Assembly: GCA_900770665.1 (NCBI GenBank)
Contig: CAAGKZ010000045.1
Span: 1,104-65,103 of the forward strand
From: Bacteroidaceae bacterium
GTDB taxonomy: Bacteria; Bacteroidota; Bacteroidia; Bacteroidales; Bacteroidaceae
Direction: 5' to 3'
DNA: 64,000 nucleotides
The notes under the pieces were generated by a model. It had not been told where the DNA came from and searched no databases. It worked only from the letters and a program-made list of their open reading frames with translations. Below, piece after piece: positions 8,406 through 18,743 of the stretch. How positions within the stretch are numbered: the first letter of the stretch is position 1; every line of letters begins with the position of its first letter. The position numbers and the translations under genes were made by a program.

Positions 8406-9599
8406 ATGACAAAGAAAAATATAATAGTTTGGCTTTTTATGGCCGTGATGGCAATTCCTGTCTTTGCGCAGGATTCAAAGACACAGTTCAACCCTGTGTA
8501 TACGGGTGTTACGTCGCTCTCCATTGCTCCGGATGCACGTGCGGGTGCACTTGGTGATGTTGGTGTGGCTACCGAGCCCGATGCGAATTCACAGTATTGG
8601 AACCCTGCTAAGTATCCGTTCAATATTGCCCGTGCAGGTGTTTCAATGTCTTATACTCCCTGGCTTCGCCAGCTGGTGAGTGACATTGACCTTGTGAACC
8701 TTGCCGGTTTCTATCGCATAGGCGACTATTCGGCGGTGAGTTCGTCGTTGACATACTTCTCGCTTGGCGAGGTTTTCGTGGAGAATGAGATGACAATCAA
8801 ACCCTATGAGATGGCTTTTGATGTCGCCTATTCGCGTATGCTTTCCGAGACTTTTTCGGCAGCCATTGCACTGCGATATATATTCAGTGACCTGCAGTAT
8901 GACTACACCGAGGATATGTCGCCGGGACATGCCTTTGCTGCCGATATTGCGCTCTACTATAACAAGTATCTGTTTATGGGCAACCGTGAGTGTCTGTTGG
9001 GTCTTGGTATGAACATATCAAATATCGGTACAAAGATTTCATACGACGGTGGCGCAACCAATGAGTTCATCCCTACCAATTTGCGTCTTGGTGCTTCGCT
9101 GCTCTTGCCGTTCGATGAATACAACACATTGTCAATAAGTGTTGATGTCAATAAACTGCTGGTGCCGACCAAACCTTCGTATAACCAGTTTCTTGAAGAA
9201 AACCCAGCTCCCGGTGTCGATGACAACAGCCGATACTCCGAGTATCAGGCATGGCTTGACGGTACAGGATATAACGACATTTCTTCAATTTCCGGTATCT
9301 TCAAATCTTTTGCCGATGCTCCGGGTGGCGCAGTTGAGGAGTTGAGAGAGATTTATGGCGGTATTGGTCTTGAGTATTGTTACAACCAACAGTTCTCGTT
9401 GCGTGCCGGTTATCACTACGAGGATGCATATAAAGGAAACAGAAAGTATTTTACTTTGGGTGCGGGATTCCGCATGAGCGTCTTCTCACTCGATGCTGCT
9501 TACCTAATTTCAACAGCACAGAGCAATCCGCTTGACCAGACATTGCGCTTCTCGCTCTCGTTCGATTTGGATGGCCTTAAGGATTTGTTCCGTCGTTAA
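8406..9599 (+). CDS. porV: type IX secretion outer-membrane shuttle/channel protein PorV (LptO)
   Basis: Signal peptide MTKKNIIVWLFMAVMAIPVFA/Q is followed by the FNPVYTGVTSLSIAPDARAGALGDVG motif typical of PorV. It is a FadL-like barrel adjacent to porU. The track starts at GTG 8358; ATG 8406 is preferred. Confidence 0.88.
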   Translation: MTKKNIIVWLFMAVMAIPVFAQDSKTQFNPVYTGVTSLSIAPDARAGALGDVGVATEPDANSQYWNPAKYPFNIARAGVSMSYTPWLRQLVSDIDLVNLAGFYRIGDYSAVSSSLTYFSLGEVFVENEMTIKPYEMAFDVAYSRMLSETFSAAIALRYIFSDLQYDYTEDMSPGHAFAADIALYYNKYLFMGNRECLLGLGMNISNIGTKISYDGGATNEFIPTNLRLGASLLLPFDEYNTLSISVDVNKLLVPTKPSYNQFLEENPAPGVDDNSRYSEYQAWLDGTGYNDISSISGIFKSFADAPGGAVEELREIYGGIGLEYCYNQQFSLRAGYHYEDAYKGNRKYFTLGAGFRMSVFSLDAAYLISTAQSNPLDQTLRFSLSFDLDGLKDLFRR

Positions 9600-9611
9600 A
9601 ACTGTTATGCT

Positions 9612-10085
9612 ATGATAAGAGTAGGTTTTGGTATTGATGTGCATAAGTTCGTTGAGAACCGCGACTTGTGGATTGGCGGTGTGAAGATACCTTATGAATT
9701 CGGTTTGGCAGGACATTCCGATGCCGATGTGCTCATTCACGCCATCTGTGATGCTCTGCTGGGAGCCGCTAACTTGCGTGATATCGGTTATCAGTTCCCC
9801 GACAACTCCGATGAGTTCCTGAATATCGACAGCAAGATTCTCCTTCGCCGTACAGCCGAGCTGTTGAAGGAGAAAGGTTATACAATAGGCAATATCGATT
9901 CGACAGTTGCCGCGCAGGCTCCTAAACTCAATCCTCATATTCCTGCAATGCAGCAGACGATGGCCGATGTGCTTGGTGTTGATGTGGATTGTGTGTCGGT
10001 GAAGGCGACTACAACCGAGAAACTTGGCTTCGAGGGGCGTAAAGAGGGTATAACAGCCTATGCAACAGTGCTTATATGTAAATGA
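9612..10085 (+). CDS. ispF: 2-C-methyl-D-erythritol 2,4-cyclodiphosphate synthase
   Basis: 157 aa with GFGIDVHKF and GHSDADVLIHAICDALLGA motifs. Confidence 0.95.
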   Translation: MIRVGFGIDVHKFVENRDLWIGGVKIPYEFGLAGHSDADVLIHAICDALLGAANLRDIGYQFPDNSDEFLNIDSKILLRRTAELLKEKGYTIGNIDSTVAAQAPKLNPHIPAMQQTMADVLGVDVDCVSVKATTTEKLGFEGRKEGITAYATVLICK

Positions 10086-10909
10086 GAGTAAAGGGATTTT
10101 TCAGACATTTTTTGATATTGGCAGCAGCAATGCTGCTGATTTCGTCTTGTGCCACGCTGTCGCCTAATGGCGTGGGGCGTGTGAAACGCTATACATTCGC
10201 CGAGGAGAGTGTTCCAGAAGAATTTGATGGTTGGAAAATAGCCTTTATATCCGATTTGCACTATCCTAGTCTTTTTACCCATAAGCGTTTGGGGAAACTT
10301 GTACACCGTCTGCAGAAAGAGTCGCCCGATATTCTGCTCCTTGGTGGAGACTATGTGACCGACAATGATTCTATAGATGCTTTGTTCAAGTCGCTCTCGG
10401 CGGTGAAAACCTCTTTGGGTACGTACGCCGTGCTTGGTAATCACGATAAGCGCAACGAGGCGCATATAAGGCAGGCTATGGATAAATATGGCATTCGTCT
10501 GCTTGACGGGTGGGCTCAATATATGTTGTTTGATGCAGGCGGTGAACTGAGTATTGCCGGAGTGCGTGACAGCTTTGTCGAAGATTCGCTTTTTGCGCGT
10601 TATATGGAGCGTGTCGGACACTCCGAGTTTGTTATATTGCTCAGCCATAACCCCGATTTTGTCGAGCGCAATTCAATAACTGCCGATTTGGTCTTTGCCG
10701 GGCATACGCACGGCGGTCAGGTGTCGTTGCTCGGGCTATATACTCCGGTAAAGAATACGCGTTACGGTAGGCGTTTCCTTCGCGGACGGAACAGGACTAC
10801 AAACGGCACTACTATGATAACCACCAATGGGGTGGGTACATCAAGGCGCAAGTTGCGCTTCTGTGTCCCAAGCGAGATTGTTGTCGTTACTTTGAAAAAA
10901 GATGAGTGA
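10082..10909 (+). CDS. metallophosphoesterase (calcineurin-like), probable lipoprotein
   Basis: Lipobox LLISSC, with GDYV, GNHD and GHTHGGQ motifs. Its start overlaps the ispF stop by 4 nt (ATGA). Confidence 0.85.
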   Translation: MRVKGFFRHFLILAAAMLLISSCATLSPNGVGRVKRYTFAEESVPEEFDGWKIAFISDLHYPSLFTHKRLGKLVHRLQKESPDILLLGGDYVTDNDSIDALFKSLSAVKTSLGTYAVLGNHDKRNEAHIRQAMDKYGIRLLDGWAQYMLFDAGGELSIAGVRDSFVEDSLFARYMERVGHSEFVILLSHNPDFVERNSITADLVFAGHTHGGQVSLLGLYTPVKNTRYGRRFLRGRNRTTNGTTMITTNGVGTSRRKLRFCVPSEIVVVTLKKDE

Positions 10910-10955
10910 GTCTTTTGCTTTGATGTTTAATAACGGTAAAAATAGTTTACATAAG

Positions 10956-12017
10956 ATGGATGTTGACGAACTTTATATGCAGCGTTGTCTGCAACTTGCA
11001 AGGTGTGGTGCAGGCGGTACTTCGCCCAATCCCATGGTGGGCGCCGTTATTGTGTGTGACGGCCGCATAATAGGCGAAGGGTATCATATCCGTGCAGGTG
11101 AGCCCCATGCCGAGGTGAATGCTGTCAATTCTGTGTCCGATGAGGATAAGCCGTTGCTTGCGCGTTCGACAATGTATGTCTCTCTTGAACCCTGCTCCCA
11201 TTATGGCAAAACGCCGCCTTGTTGCGATATGATAATTGCGCGTGGAATTCCACGTGTGGTGATAGGTTCGGCCGATCCTAACCCTCAAGTGGATGGTGCA
11301 GGTATCGCCCGCATGCGCGCTGCCGGTATTGATGTGACGCTTGGAGTGCTCGAAGAGGAGTGCCTGCGTTTGAACAGTGCGTTTTTTACCTCGCAGATGT
11401 ACAAGCGTCCTTATGTGACGTTGAAATGGGCGCAAAGTGCCGATGGATACATAGATTTGTTGAGGGATGGCGGCTCTGCTGTCCGTATTTCGTCAGCGGT
11501 ATCTCAGGTGGCCGTGCATAAATTGCGTGCACGGTACGATGCCATTCTTGTCGGGCGTCACACGGCATTGCTCGATGACCCTTCACTCGATATACGTCAT
11601 TGGGCGGGGCGTGCTCCGCTGCGGCTTGTGATAGACAAGAATTGCTCCTTGCCTGCCGGATTGAAAATGTTCGATGGGGCGTTGCCGACGGTGGTATATA
11701 CGGCCTGTGAAAAGGACAGTGGGCTTGGTAAAAATGTTGAACAGGTGGTGCTTGATTTCGACAGGCCTCTCATTCCTCAAATACTTGAGCACCTTCACTC
11801 GGTCAAAGTCAACAGCCTGCTTGTGGAGGGTGGGGCTACAGTGCTGCAATCCTTCATCAATGCTTCTTTGTGGGATGAGGCCCGCGTCGAGGTAAATCCC
11901 GCTCTTGAATTGGGCAATGGTGTGGTTGCTCCCTCTTTCCCCTTAGAATCTCCCCATTCGCGCGAAATGCTCGCCGATAATGAGATTTTGCGCTTTTACA
12001 GGCAAAAAACTCCTTAA
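10956..12017 (+). CDS. ribD: bifunctional diaminohydroxyphosphoribosylaminopyrimidine deaminase / 5-amino-6-(5-phosphoribosylamino)uracil reductase
   Basis: CMP/dCMP deaminase motifs HAEVNAV and LEPCSHYGKTPPCC, plus a C-terminal reductase domain. An alternative upstream ATG at 10902 overlaps the preceding gene. Confidence 0.9.
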   Translation: MDVDELYMQRCLQLARCGAGGTSPNPMVGAVIVCDGRIIGEGYHIRAGEPHAEVNAVNSVSDEDKPLLARSTMYVSLEPCSHYGKTPPCCDMIIARGIPRVVIGSADPNPQVDGAGIARMRAAGIDVTLGVLEEECLRLNSAFFTSQMYKRPYVTLKWAQSADGYIDLLRDGGSAVRISSAVSQVAVHKLRARYDAILVGRHTALLDDPSLDIRHWAGRAPLRLVIDKNCSLPAGLKMFDGALPTVVYTACEKDSGLGKNVEQVVLDFDRPLIPQILEHLHSVKVNSLLVEGGATVLQSFINASLWDEARVEVNPALELGNGVVAPSFPLESPHSREMLADNEILRFYRQKTP

Positions 12018-12074
12018 TTATTTTAAAATATTATAAATAAAGCCTTAAATATCGTTTAAACCGAAAATTGTTGC

Positions 12075-12082
12075 TATTTTTG
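12075..12082 (+). promoter_or_regulatory. -7 promoter box (TAnnTTTG)
   Basis: TATTTTTG lies 28 nt upstream of ATG 12110. Confidence 0.4.
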
Positions 12083-12109
12083 CAAATTGAACGTAAAGTG
12101 CAGATTTGT

Positions 12110-13465
12110 ATGAAAAAGAGTTTAACGATATTTTTGTCAATGTTGGCGTTGGTTTTTACCTCGTGCTTTAATGATGCCGATGATGTGGAACTCTCTCCGT
12201 ATGCCATCCTCAAGTCATTCAGCATAGGTAATATCACCTCGAAATATCCTGCTTTTACATCTGATGGGGCGGATACAATATCAACAAAGACAATTCAGGG
12301 AAGTTCTTATGCCTTCTCAATAAATCAGGTAACCGGTGAGGTTTGCAATGTCGATTCCCTCCCGTTTGGAACCAATGTGGATAAAGTTGTCGTCAATATG
12401 GAACTTTCGGGTTATGCCCAGATTTATGTTGACAGCATAGGGCTTTATGAGGGCTTCATGGCTACCGATTCAATAGATTTTACACATCCGCGTAAGTTCC
12501 GTATAACATCAACCGACTCTGAATACTATCGTGATTATACGATTTCGGTAAATGCGCATCAGGTTGAACCCGAGAAGATGGTGTGGAATAAATATCAGTC
12601 AGTAGATGCAGTTGCGCCTTGCCGTGCGTTGGAGTACAATGGCGAATTGTGTCTGTTCGGTGAAAAAAATGGTGAGCCGGTGCTTGCCTTGTCATCTTTG
12701 ACCGGCGTTCCCTCGTGGGAAGTAATTGCATTGACCGGTCTGCCGTTATCTGCAAACCTCTCTACCATCCAACTTTTTGGCGGCGCGCTCTATTTGGTGG
12801 CAGAGGATGGTATCTATACCTCGGTAAATGCCATAGACTGGTCGCTCTGTTATGCTTGTAGCGATGCAATGGCTATAGTTGGGGTTTCGGATGTCGATGA
12901 AAAGATGTGGCTGGCTACTGATGCGGAACTGCTGACAACCACCGATGGTATAAACTATGAGAGCGCCGGTGTGCTCCCTGAGGATTTCCCTCTTTATGGC
13001 GTTTCTATCGCTTCTTATACATTGAATCACAACAGCACTATTGTACGATATATGCTTGTGGGATATGCCGACGAGGCTATGGATGGCGCTCCCGTAGTAT
13101 GGAGCCGACTTTCAACCGAGGAGCGTTGGACCAGATATGAGAACGCAAACAATACTTTCTCTTGCCCTGCATTGAAGGGATTGTCTGTGTTGAGATATGA
13201 TGATTTCCTCTATGCGATTGGTGGTGCAGGTGTTGCTCAGGGCGAGAGTGTAAAGGCCTTCTCTGCATTGTATATCTCGCGTGACAATGGTATAACCTGG
13301 AAGGCTCCGGCCGGTTTCTACCAACGTATCCCGGCAGAACTGCAGGGGCTTGATGTGCAGTTTGTTGCGACAGTGGATTCCAACAATAAGATGTGGATTA
13401 TTTGTGCCGGTGAGGAACCTGTTGTTTGGAGAGGTATTATTAACCGTTTGGGCTTTAAGGATTGA
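12110..13465 (+). CDS. hypothetical lipoprotein, probably beta-propeller-like
   Basis: Lipoprotein signal MKKSLTIFLSMLALVFTSC. The C-terminal half is beta-rich with Kelch-like FLYAIGG and repeated W/G-containing blades. No catalytic motif recognised. Confidence 0.55.
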   Translation: MKKSLTIFLSMLALVFTSCFNDADDVELSPYAILKSFSIGNITSKYPAFTSDGADTISTKTIQGSSYAFSINQVTGEVCNVDSLPFGTNVDKVVVNMELSGYAQIYVDSIGLYEGFMATDSIDFTHPRKFRITSTDSEYYRDYTISVNAHQVEPEKMVWNKYQSVDAVAPCRALEYNGELCLFGEKNGEPVLALSSLTGVPSWEVIALTGLPLSANLSTIQLFGGALYLVAEDGIYTSVNAIDWSLCYACSDAMAIVGVSDVDEKMWLATDAELLTTTDGINYESAGVLPEDFPLYGVSIASYTLNHNSTIVRYMLVGYADEAMDGAPVVWSRLSTEERWTRYENANNTFSCPALKGLSVLRYDDFLYAIGGAGVAQGESVKAFSALYISRDNGITWKAPAGFYQRIPAELQGLDVQFVATVDSNNKMWIICAGEEPVVWRGIINRLGFKD

Positions 13466-13469
13466 GTAT

Positions 13470-14171
13470 ATGGGAATGACCGGATTGGTACGAAGGGTGG
13501 TGCTTGGTGCAATTATGTTGTGCTTTGCAACCGGTGTGCGTGCCGATGGTCTTGAGTACAGATACGAGGTTGGAGCATTGTTTGGTGGCAGCACCTATTA
13601 TGGCGATGCCAACTACGCCTCCCCATTGGATAATTTCAATATAATGGGCGGTGCACTGTTCCGTTACAACATCAACCCGCGTATGGCGGTGAAGGCGAAT
13701 CTTGACGTTGCGCGTATATCGGGCAAAACAACAGGAGGGGAAACAACTTTTCCAGGTGGCGATGTTGAGTTCGGTCGTATGCTGTACGAACTTGGAGCGC
13801 AGTACGAACTTCATTTCCTTGCATATGGCGATGGCAGCGGTTACAAACGCTCACACAGGCTGGCTCCATATATTTTTGCAGGTGTGGGATTGACATACGC
13901 CCCGGCCCCTGCAAAGCACGTCTTTACACCGAACATTCCGGTGGGCGTTGGCTTGAAGTGGAAGGTGATGCCACGTTTGAATGTGGGCTGTGAGCTCTCC
14001 TATAGATTTACATTCAGTGACAATTTGGATGTGATACGCAAGGGTGGAGCAACACTGGATGACCCTTATGGTATTGACAGCGGATTTATGAAGAACAAGG
14101 ATGGCTACTCGTTCCTGTCACTCTTTGTGACATACGATTTGTCGCCGAAATATAGAAAATGTAACAATTAG
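13470..14171 (+). CDS. small outer-membrane beta-barrel protein (DUF6089-like, from memory)
   Basis: Signal peptide [26 protein letters not shown] is followed by alternating aromatic/Gly beta-strand patterns. It lies directly upstream of uppS-bamA, as I recall from Bacteroides. The track starts at 13350, inside the previous gene. Confidence 0.55.
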   Translation: MGMTGLVRRVVLGAIMLCFATGVRADGLEYRYEVGALFGGSTYYGDANYASPLDNFNIMGGALFRYNINPRMAVKANLDVARISGKTTGGETTFPGGDVEFGRMLYELGAQYELHFLAYGDGSGYKRSHRLAPYIFAGVGLTYAPAPAKHVFTPNIPVGVGLKWKVMPRLNVGCELSYRFTFSDNLDVIRKGGATLDDPYGIDSGFMKNKDGYSFLSLFVTYDLSPKYRKCNN

Positions 14172-14182
14172 AAAATATAGCA

Positions 14183-14935
14183 ATGAACTATATTGAGAAA
14201 ATAGATATGGAGAGAGTTCCCCGGCATATCGCCATCATCATGGATGGCAATGGCCGTTGGGCGCAGTTACGTGGCAAAGAGCGGCAGGAGGGGCATCAGG
14301 CCGGTGCTGTAGCCGTGCGCCAACTTGTTGAGGATGCATTGAAGTTGGGTGTCAAATATTTGACTCTGTATACTTTTTCAACAGAAAACTGGAAGCGTCC
14401 CATTGCCGAGGTTGCAGCACTGATGGCGTTGTTGTTCGAGTCTGTTGAGGAGGAACTTTTTGTGAAGCACAATGTGGCATTCCGCATAATCGGAGACATG
14501 AGCAAATTGCCCGACAATGTGCGCGACCGTCTGAACGGATGCGTTGAACGTACTGCGAAGAACGACTCCATGACTCTTGTTCTTGCATTGAGCTACTCAT
14601 CAAAGTGGGAACTTACCGAGGCGGTGCGCAGCATTGCTTCAAAGGTGAAGGAGGGTAGTATGGAAGCTGCCGACATTACCGATGAAACTATTGACAATGC
14701 CTTGACGACATCATTCATGCCCGATCCCGATTTGCTCATACGCACCGGTAAGGAGCAGCGCCTGAGCAACTTCCTGCTGTGGCAGCTCGCTTATGCCGAA
14801 TTCTATTTTACCGAGGTGCTTTGGCCCGATTTCAACAAGGAGGAACTGTGCAAGGCGATATATGAATACCAGAGTCGTCAACGCCGTTACGGTTTGACCG
14901 GTGAACAAGTTACAAATGATGAAAAGACAGTTTAG
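14183..14935 (+). CDS. uppS: isoprenyl transferase (undecaprenyl-diphosphate synthase)
   Basis: [27 protein letters not shown] and [15 protein letters not shown] motifs. Confidence 0.93.
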   Translation: MNYIEKIDMERVPRHIAIIMDGNGRWAQLRGKERQEGHQAGAVAVRQLVEDALKLGVKYLTLYTFSTENWKRPIAEVAALMALLFESVEEELFVKHNVAFRIIGDMSKLPDNVRDRLNGCVERTAKNDSMTLVLALSYSSKWELTEAVRSIASKVKEGSMEAADITDETIDNALTTSFMPDPDLLIRTGKEQRLSNFLLWQLAYAEFYFTEVLWPDFNKEELCKAIYEYQSRQRRYGLTGEQVTNDEKTV

Positions 14936-14936
14936 G

Positions 14937-17576
14937 ATGAAATTTTTACCTTTTTTGAAAGTAACTCTTATGGTTGTGATGGCAACCTTCTGTTCCACAA
15001 TGTCGGCACAGGAGGTGGTTGTCAAACCAACAGTATTATATACAGGAGCAGCACACAAATATACAATCGGTGGCATAAACCTCTCGGGAGCAGAGAATCT
15101 TGAACCTTCGTTGGTGATTGGTCTTTCGGGGTTGTCTATCGGCGATGTGATATCTGTGCCGGGTGATGCCGTAACCAATGCTGTGAAGCGTTATTGGAAG
15201 CATGGCCTTTTTGAGGATGTATGCATAACTGCCGACAGTATAAAAGGTGACTACATATACTTGGGTATTGCACTAAAACAGCGTCCCCGTGTGTCGCAAC
15301 TCAATATTATGGGTATAAAGAAGAGTGAGCGCGAGGAACTTGAACCGAAAGTGGGTATCCACCCGGGTGGTCACATTACCCCCGACATCATCTCGCGTGC
15401 CGAGAAGGTTATAAAGAATTACTACGATGACAAGGGGTACAAGAACGCCGAGGTGAAGTTCGTGCAGCGTCCCGATGTAACCGAGGATAATCGTGTGATT
15501 GTGGATGTTGAGATTGCCAAGAATGACAAGGTAAAGATAAACCGTATATATATAGAAGGTACAAATGCCCTCTCGGACAAAAAGGTGAGATATGCAATGA
15601 AGAAGACACGTGAGAAGACCCGCTGGGACAATCTTGTGTACACAATTTTCAGACCAAAGAAGTTTACCGAGGATCTGTATGCCGAGGATAAGGAGAAAAT
15701 CCTTGCCCGTTACTACGAGAACGGTTATCGTGATGCGCGTATCGTAAAGGACAGTGTCGTGCCCTTTGATGACAAGAGCGTTGACATATACATAACCGTC
15801 GAGGAGGGTAACCAATACCATATACGTGATATCAAATGGGTAGGTAACAGTGTATACTCTACAGCCCATCTTGATTACGTGCTGCGCATGAAGGCCGGTG
15901 ACATATATGACCAGAATGAGCTTCAGAACCGTCTTCTCATGGATGAGGACGCTGTCAAGAACATGTACTATAACGATGGTTATGTGTTCTTCCAGGCGTT
16001 GCCTGTTGAGGCCAGGATTGAGAATGACTCAGTGGATATTGAAATACGTATGAGCGAGGGCGTACAGGCTACTATTGACAGGGTGACCATCAGCGGTAAC
16101 GACCGTGTATATGAAGAGGTTGTGCGCCGTGAGCTTTATACATTGCCCGGTAGCCTCTTCTCAATGAATGCGCTTGAGCGTTCATGGCGTAACATTGCCA
16201 ATATGGGACACTTCGACCCCGAGAAGATTGATCCGGGTGCAATGCCTAACCCCGAGAACGGAACCGTTGACATGCACTGGAAACTTGAGCCCAAGAGCAG
16301 TGATCAGATTGAACTCTCTGCCGGTTGGGGTCAGACTGGTATCATTGGTAAACTGTCGTTGAAATTCACAAACTTCTCAATGCGTAACCTTTTCCGCAGA
16401 GATGGTGTGCGCCGTGGTATCATTCCACAGGGCGATGGACAGACATTTGCAATCAGTGCACAGACAAACGGCCGCTACTACCAGTCGTACAGCATCAACT
16501 TCTTCGACCCCTGGTTCGGACGCAAGCGCCCTAATTCGCTCTCGTTCTCGGCATTCTTCTCAATGCAGACCGACGTTGCCGACAGTTATTATAACTCGGC
16601 ATACTATAACAACTATTATAACTATCTCTATGGCTATGGCAACTATGGCGGCTATGGATATGGCTATAATAACGTGTCGTCGTACTACGACCCGGACAAA
16701 TATATAAAGATGTATGGTGCTTCTTTGGGTTGGGGACGTCGTCTGAACTGGCCCGATGATAACTTCACCCTTTCGGCCGAGCTCAACTATCAGGTATACA
16801 ACCTCAAGAACTGGCAGTACTTCCTGATAACCGACGGAGTTTGTAATAACCTCAATCTGCAGGTGACACTTGGCCGCAGCACAGTTGACCACCCCTATTT
16901 CCCACGTCAGGGTTCGGAGTTCACTCTTGTGGCATCGGCAACGCCGCCATATTCGGCATGGGACGGAAAGGATTATGCAAACCTTGCAACCAATGTTCAC
17001 TCTCCGCAGTACAAGGCTGAACTCCGTGACAAGCATAAGTGGATTGAGTACTACAAGATAAAGTTCCGTAGCAAGACATTTACTTCGCTCACTCCGGGCA
17101 AATACAATCTTGTGTTGATGACACGTGCCGATTTCGGTATTCTTGGAAGTTATGACCCGAACAAGAAGTCGCCGTTCGAGACATTCTACGTCGGTGGTGA
17201 CGGTATGAGCGGATACTCATATAACTATGCAACCGATATGATTGCTTTGCGCGGTTACGAGAACGGAAGTCTTACACCCTATGGCTATGAGGGCTATGCC
17301 TATACACGTCTCGGTCTTGAGCTGCGTTTCCCATTCATGTTGCAGAACTCCACAAGCATCTATGGATTGGCGTTTGTTGAGGCCGGAAATGCGTGGACCG
17401 ATGTATCGAAGTTCAATCTGTTCGACCTCAAACGAAGCGCCGGTGTGGGTGTACGTGTGTTCTTGCAGATGATTGGTCTCATCGGTATCGACTGGGCTTA
17501 CGGTTTCGACAAGGTGTTCGGTTCGTCACAATATGGCGGCAGCCACTTCCACTTTATTTTGGGACAGGAATTCTAA
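14937..17576 (+). CDS. bamA: outer membrane protein assembly factor BamA
   Basis: About 880 aa with a signal peptide, POTRA-like repeats and an Omp85 barrel ending HFHFILGQEF. uppS-bamA-skp synteny supports the call. ATG 14937 lies just after the uppS stop. Confidence 0.93.
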   Translation: MKFLPFLKVTLMVVMATFCSTMSAQEVVVKPTVLYTGAAHKYTIGGINLSGAENLEPSLVIGLSGLSIGDVISVPGDAVTNAVKRYWKHGLFEDVCITADSIKGDYIYLGIALKQRPRVSQLNIMGIKKSEREELEPKVGIHPGGHITPDIISRAEKVIKNYYDDKGYKNAEVKFVQRPDVTEDNRVIVDVEIAKNDKVKINRIYIEGTNALSDKKVRYAMKKTREKTRWDNLVYTIFRPKKFTEDLYAEDKEKILARYYENGYRDARIVKDSVVPFDDKSVDIYITVEEGNQYHIRDIKWVGNSVYSTAHLDYVLRMKAGDIYDQNELQNRLLMDEDAVKNMYYNDGYVFFQALPVEARIENDSVDIEIRMSEGVQATIDRVTISGNDRVYEEVVRRELYTLPGSLFSMNALERSWRNIANMGHFDPEKIDPGAMPNPENGTVDMHWKLEPKSSDQIELSAGWGQTGIIGKLSLKFTNFSMRNLFRRDGVRRGIIPQGDGQTFAISAQTNGRYYQSYSINFFDPWFGRKRPNSLSFSAFFSMQTDVADSYYNSAYYNNYYNYLYGYGNYGGYGYGYNNVSSYYDPDKYIKMYGASLGWGRRLNWPDDNFTLSAELNYQVYNLKNWQYFLITDGVCNNLNLQVTLGRSTVDHPYFPRQGSEFTLVASATPPYSAWDGKDYANLATNVHSPQYKAELRDKHKWIEYYKIKFRSKTFTSLTPGKYNLVLMTRADFGILGSYDPNKKSPFETFYVGGDGMSGYSYNYATDMIALRGYENGSLTPYGYEGYAYTRLGLELRFPFMLQNSTSIYGLAFVEAGNAWTDVSKFNLFDLKRSAGVGVRVFLQMIGLIGIDWAYGFDKVFGSSQYGGSHFHFILGQEF

Positions 17577-17594
17577 CCATAAAAATCGACAACT

Positions 17595-18110
17595 ATGAAA
17601 AAGTTATTTTTTGCAGCAGTTTTATGCTTGCTTGCCATGACAGGTGCAAATGCACAGAAGTATGTTACAGTGGACATGGAGTATATCCTCAAGAATATCC
17701 CTGCGTATGAGCGTGCCAATGAGCAGCTCAACCAGCAGTCAAGACGTTGGCAGGGTGAGATTGATGAACTTATGCAGGAGGCCGAGACTCTTTACAAGAA
17801 ATATCAGAGTGAGTCTGCATTCCTCTCCGATGCGCAGCGCATTGAGCGCGAGGAAGCTATCCTTGCCAAAGAGAAGGAGGCCAGTGAGCTCAAACGTCAC
17901 TACTTTGGTCCTACCGGTGAGGTGTACAAGAAGCGCGAGAGCCTGATGGCTCCAATTCAGGAAGAGGTCTACAATGCAATCAAGGACATCTGTGACTTGA
18001 AGAAGTATACAATGGTGTTTGATAAATCATCGTCTGTGAGTCTCATATACTCGGCACCATCCATTGACATAAGCAACGATGTGCTTGTAAAATTGGGATA
18101 TTCAGAATAA
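17595..18110 (+). CDS. skp: OmpH/Skp family periplasmic chaperone
   Basis: 171 aa with a signal peptide and a coiled-coil-rich sequence, immediately downstream of bamA. Confidence 0.85.
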   Translation: MKKLFFAAVLCLLAMTGANAQKYVTVDMEYILKNIPAYERANEQLNQQSRRWQGEIDELMQEAETLYKKYQSESAFLSDAQRIEREEAILAKEKEASELKRHYFGPTGEVYKKRESLMAPIQEEVYNAIKDICDLKKYTMVFDKSSSVSLIYSAPSIDISNDVLVKLGYSE

Positions 18111-18193
18111 TTAACATTTGTAAATTTAACAAATGGGTGATTTTTCAGTCATATATTCAGAATGCGAAATTGTTTAATTTAAATATAAGGAAA

Positions 18194-18724
18194 ATGAAAA
18201 AGTTTTTGATTTTGATTTTGATGCTGGCTCCAATGAGCCTTTTGGCACAGAAATTCGGTTATGTAAACTCTGCAGAGATTATTCAGGTTATGCCGGAATA
18301 TGCAAAGGCTTTGAAGGATGTTCAGGCTCTTGAGAAGATGTATACCGATGAGTTCAACAGCTTGCGTACCGAATTTGAGAAAAAGGGTACCGAGTTCGAG
18401 AAGATGCAGCAGGATTCAGTTCCCGAGAATATCCTGAAGCGCCGTTATGAGGACTTGATGCAGATGCAGCAGCGTTTGCAGGAGTATGCCGGCGAGATTC
18501 AGCAGAACCTTCAGAAGGCCGAGATGGAGAAGATGACCGAGATTCAGCAGAAGCTCCAGACTGCTCTTGAGGCTGTCGGCAAGGAGGGTTCATACGTTTG
18601 CGTATTTGACGTAGCCGGTGGTGTTCCTTTCATCAACACAACACTTTGTGATGACGTTACAGCTAAGGTGAAGACTAAGCTCGGTATTGCAGCAAATGCA
18701 GTTCCTGCAGCACCTGCAAAGTAA
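18194..18724 (+). CDS. skp: OmpH/Skp family periplasmic chaperone (second paralog)
   Basis: Signal peptide MKKFLILILMLAPMSLLA/Q with an FGYVNSAEII start like Skp and a coiled-coil core. The track starts at GTG 18137. Confidence 0.85.
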   Translation: MKKFLILILMLAPMSLLAQKFGYVNSAEIIQVMPEYAKALKDVQALEKMYTDEFNSLRTEFEKKGTEFEKMQQDSVPENILKRRYEDLMQMQQRLQEYAGEIQQNLQKAEMEKMTEIQQKLQTALEAVGKEGSYVCVFDVAGGVPFINTTLCDDVTAKVKTKLGIAANAVPAAPAK

Positions 18725-18743
18725 TATATACCACCATTTTACA

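Noticed and set aside
10860-10960. Riboswitch search (FMN upstream of ribD/ribF, purine upstream of purD, T-box upstream of argS/gltX)
   Set aside because: ribD, ribF and purD start within 0-31 nt of the preceding gene, leaving no room for an aptamer. The argS and gltX leaders (about 70-90 nt) are too short and show no conserved riboswitch cores that I recognise.
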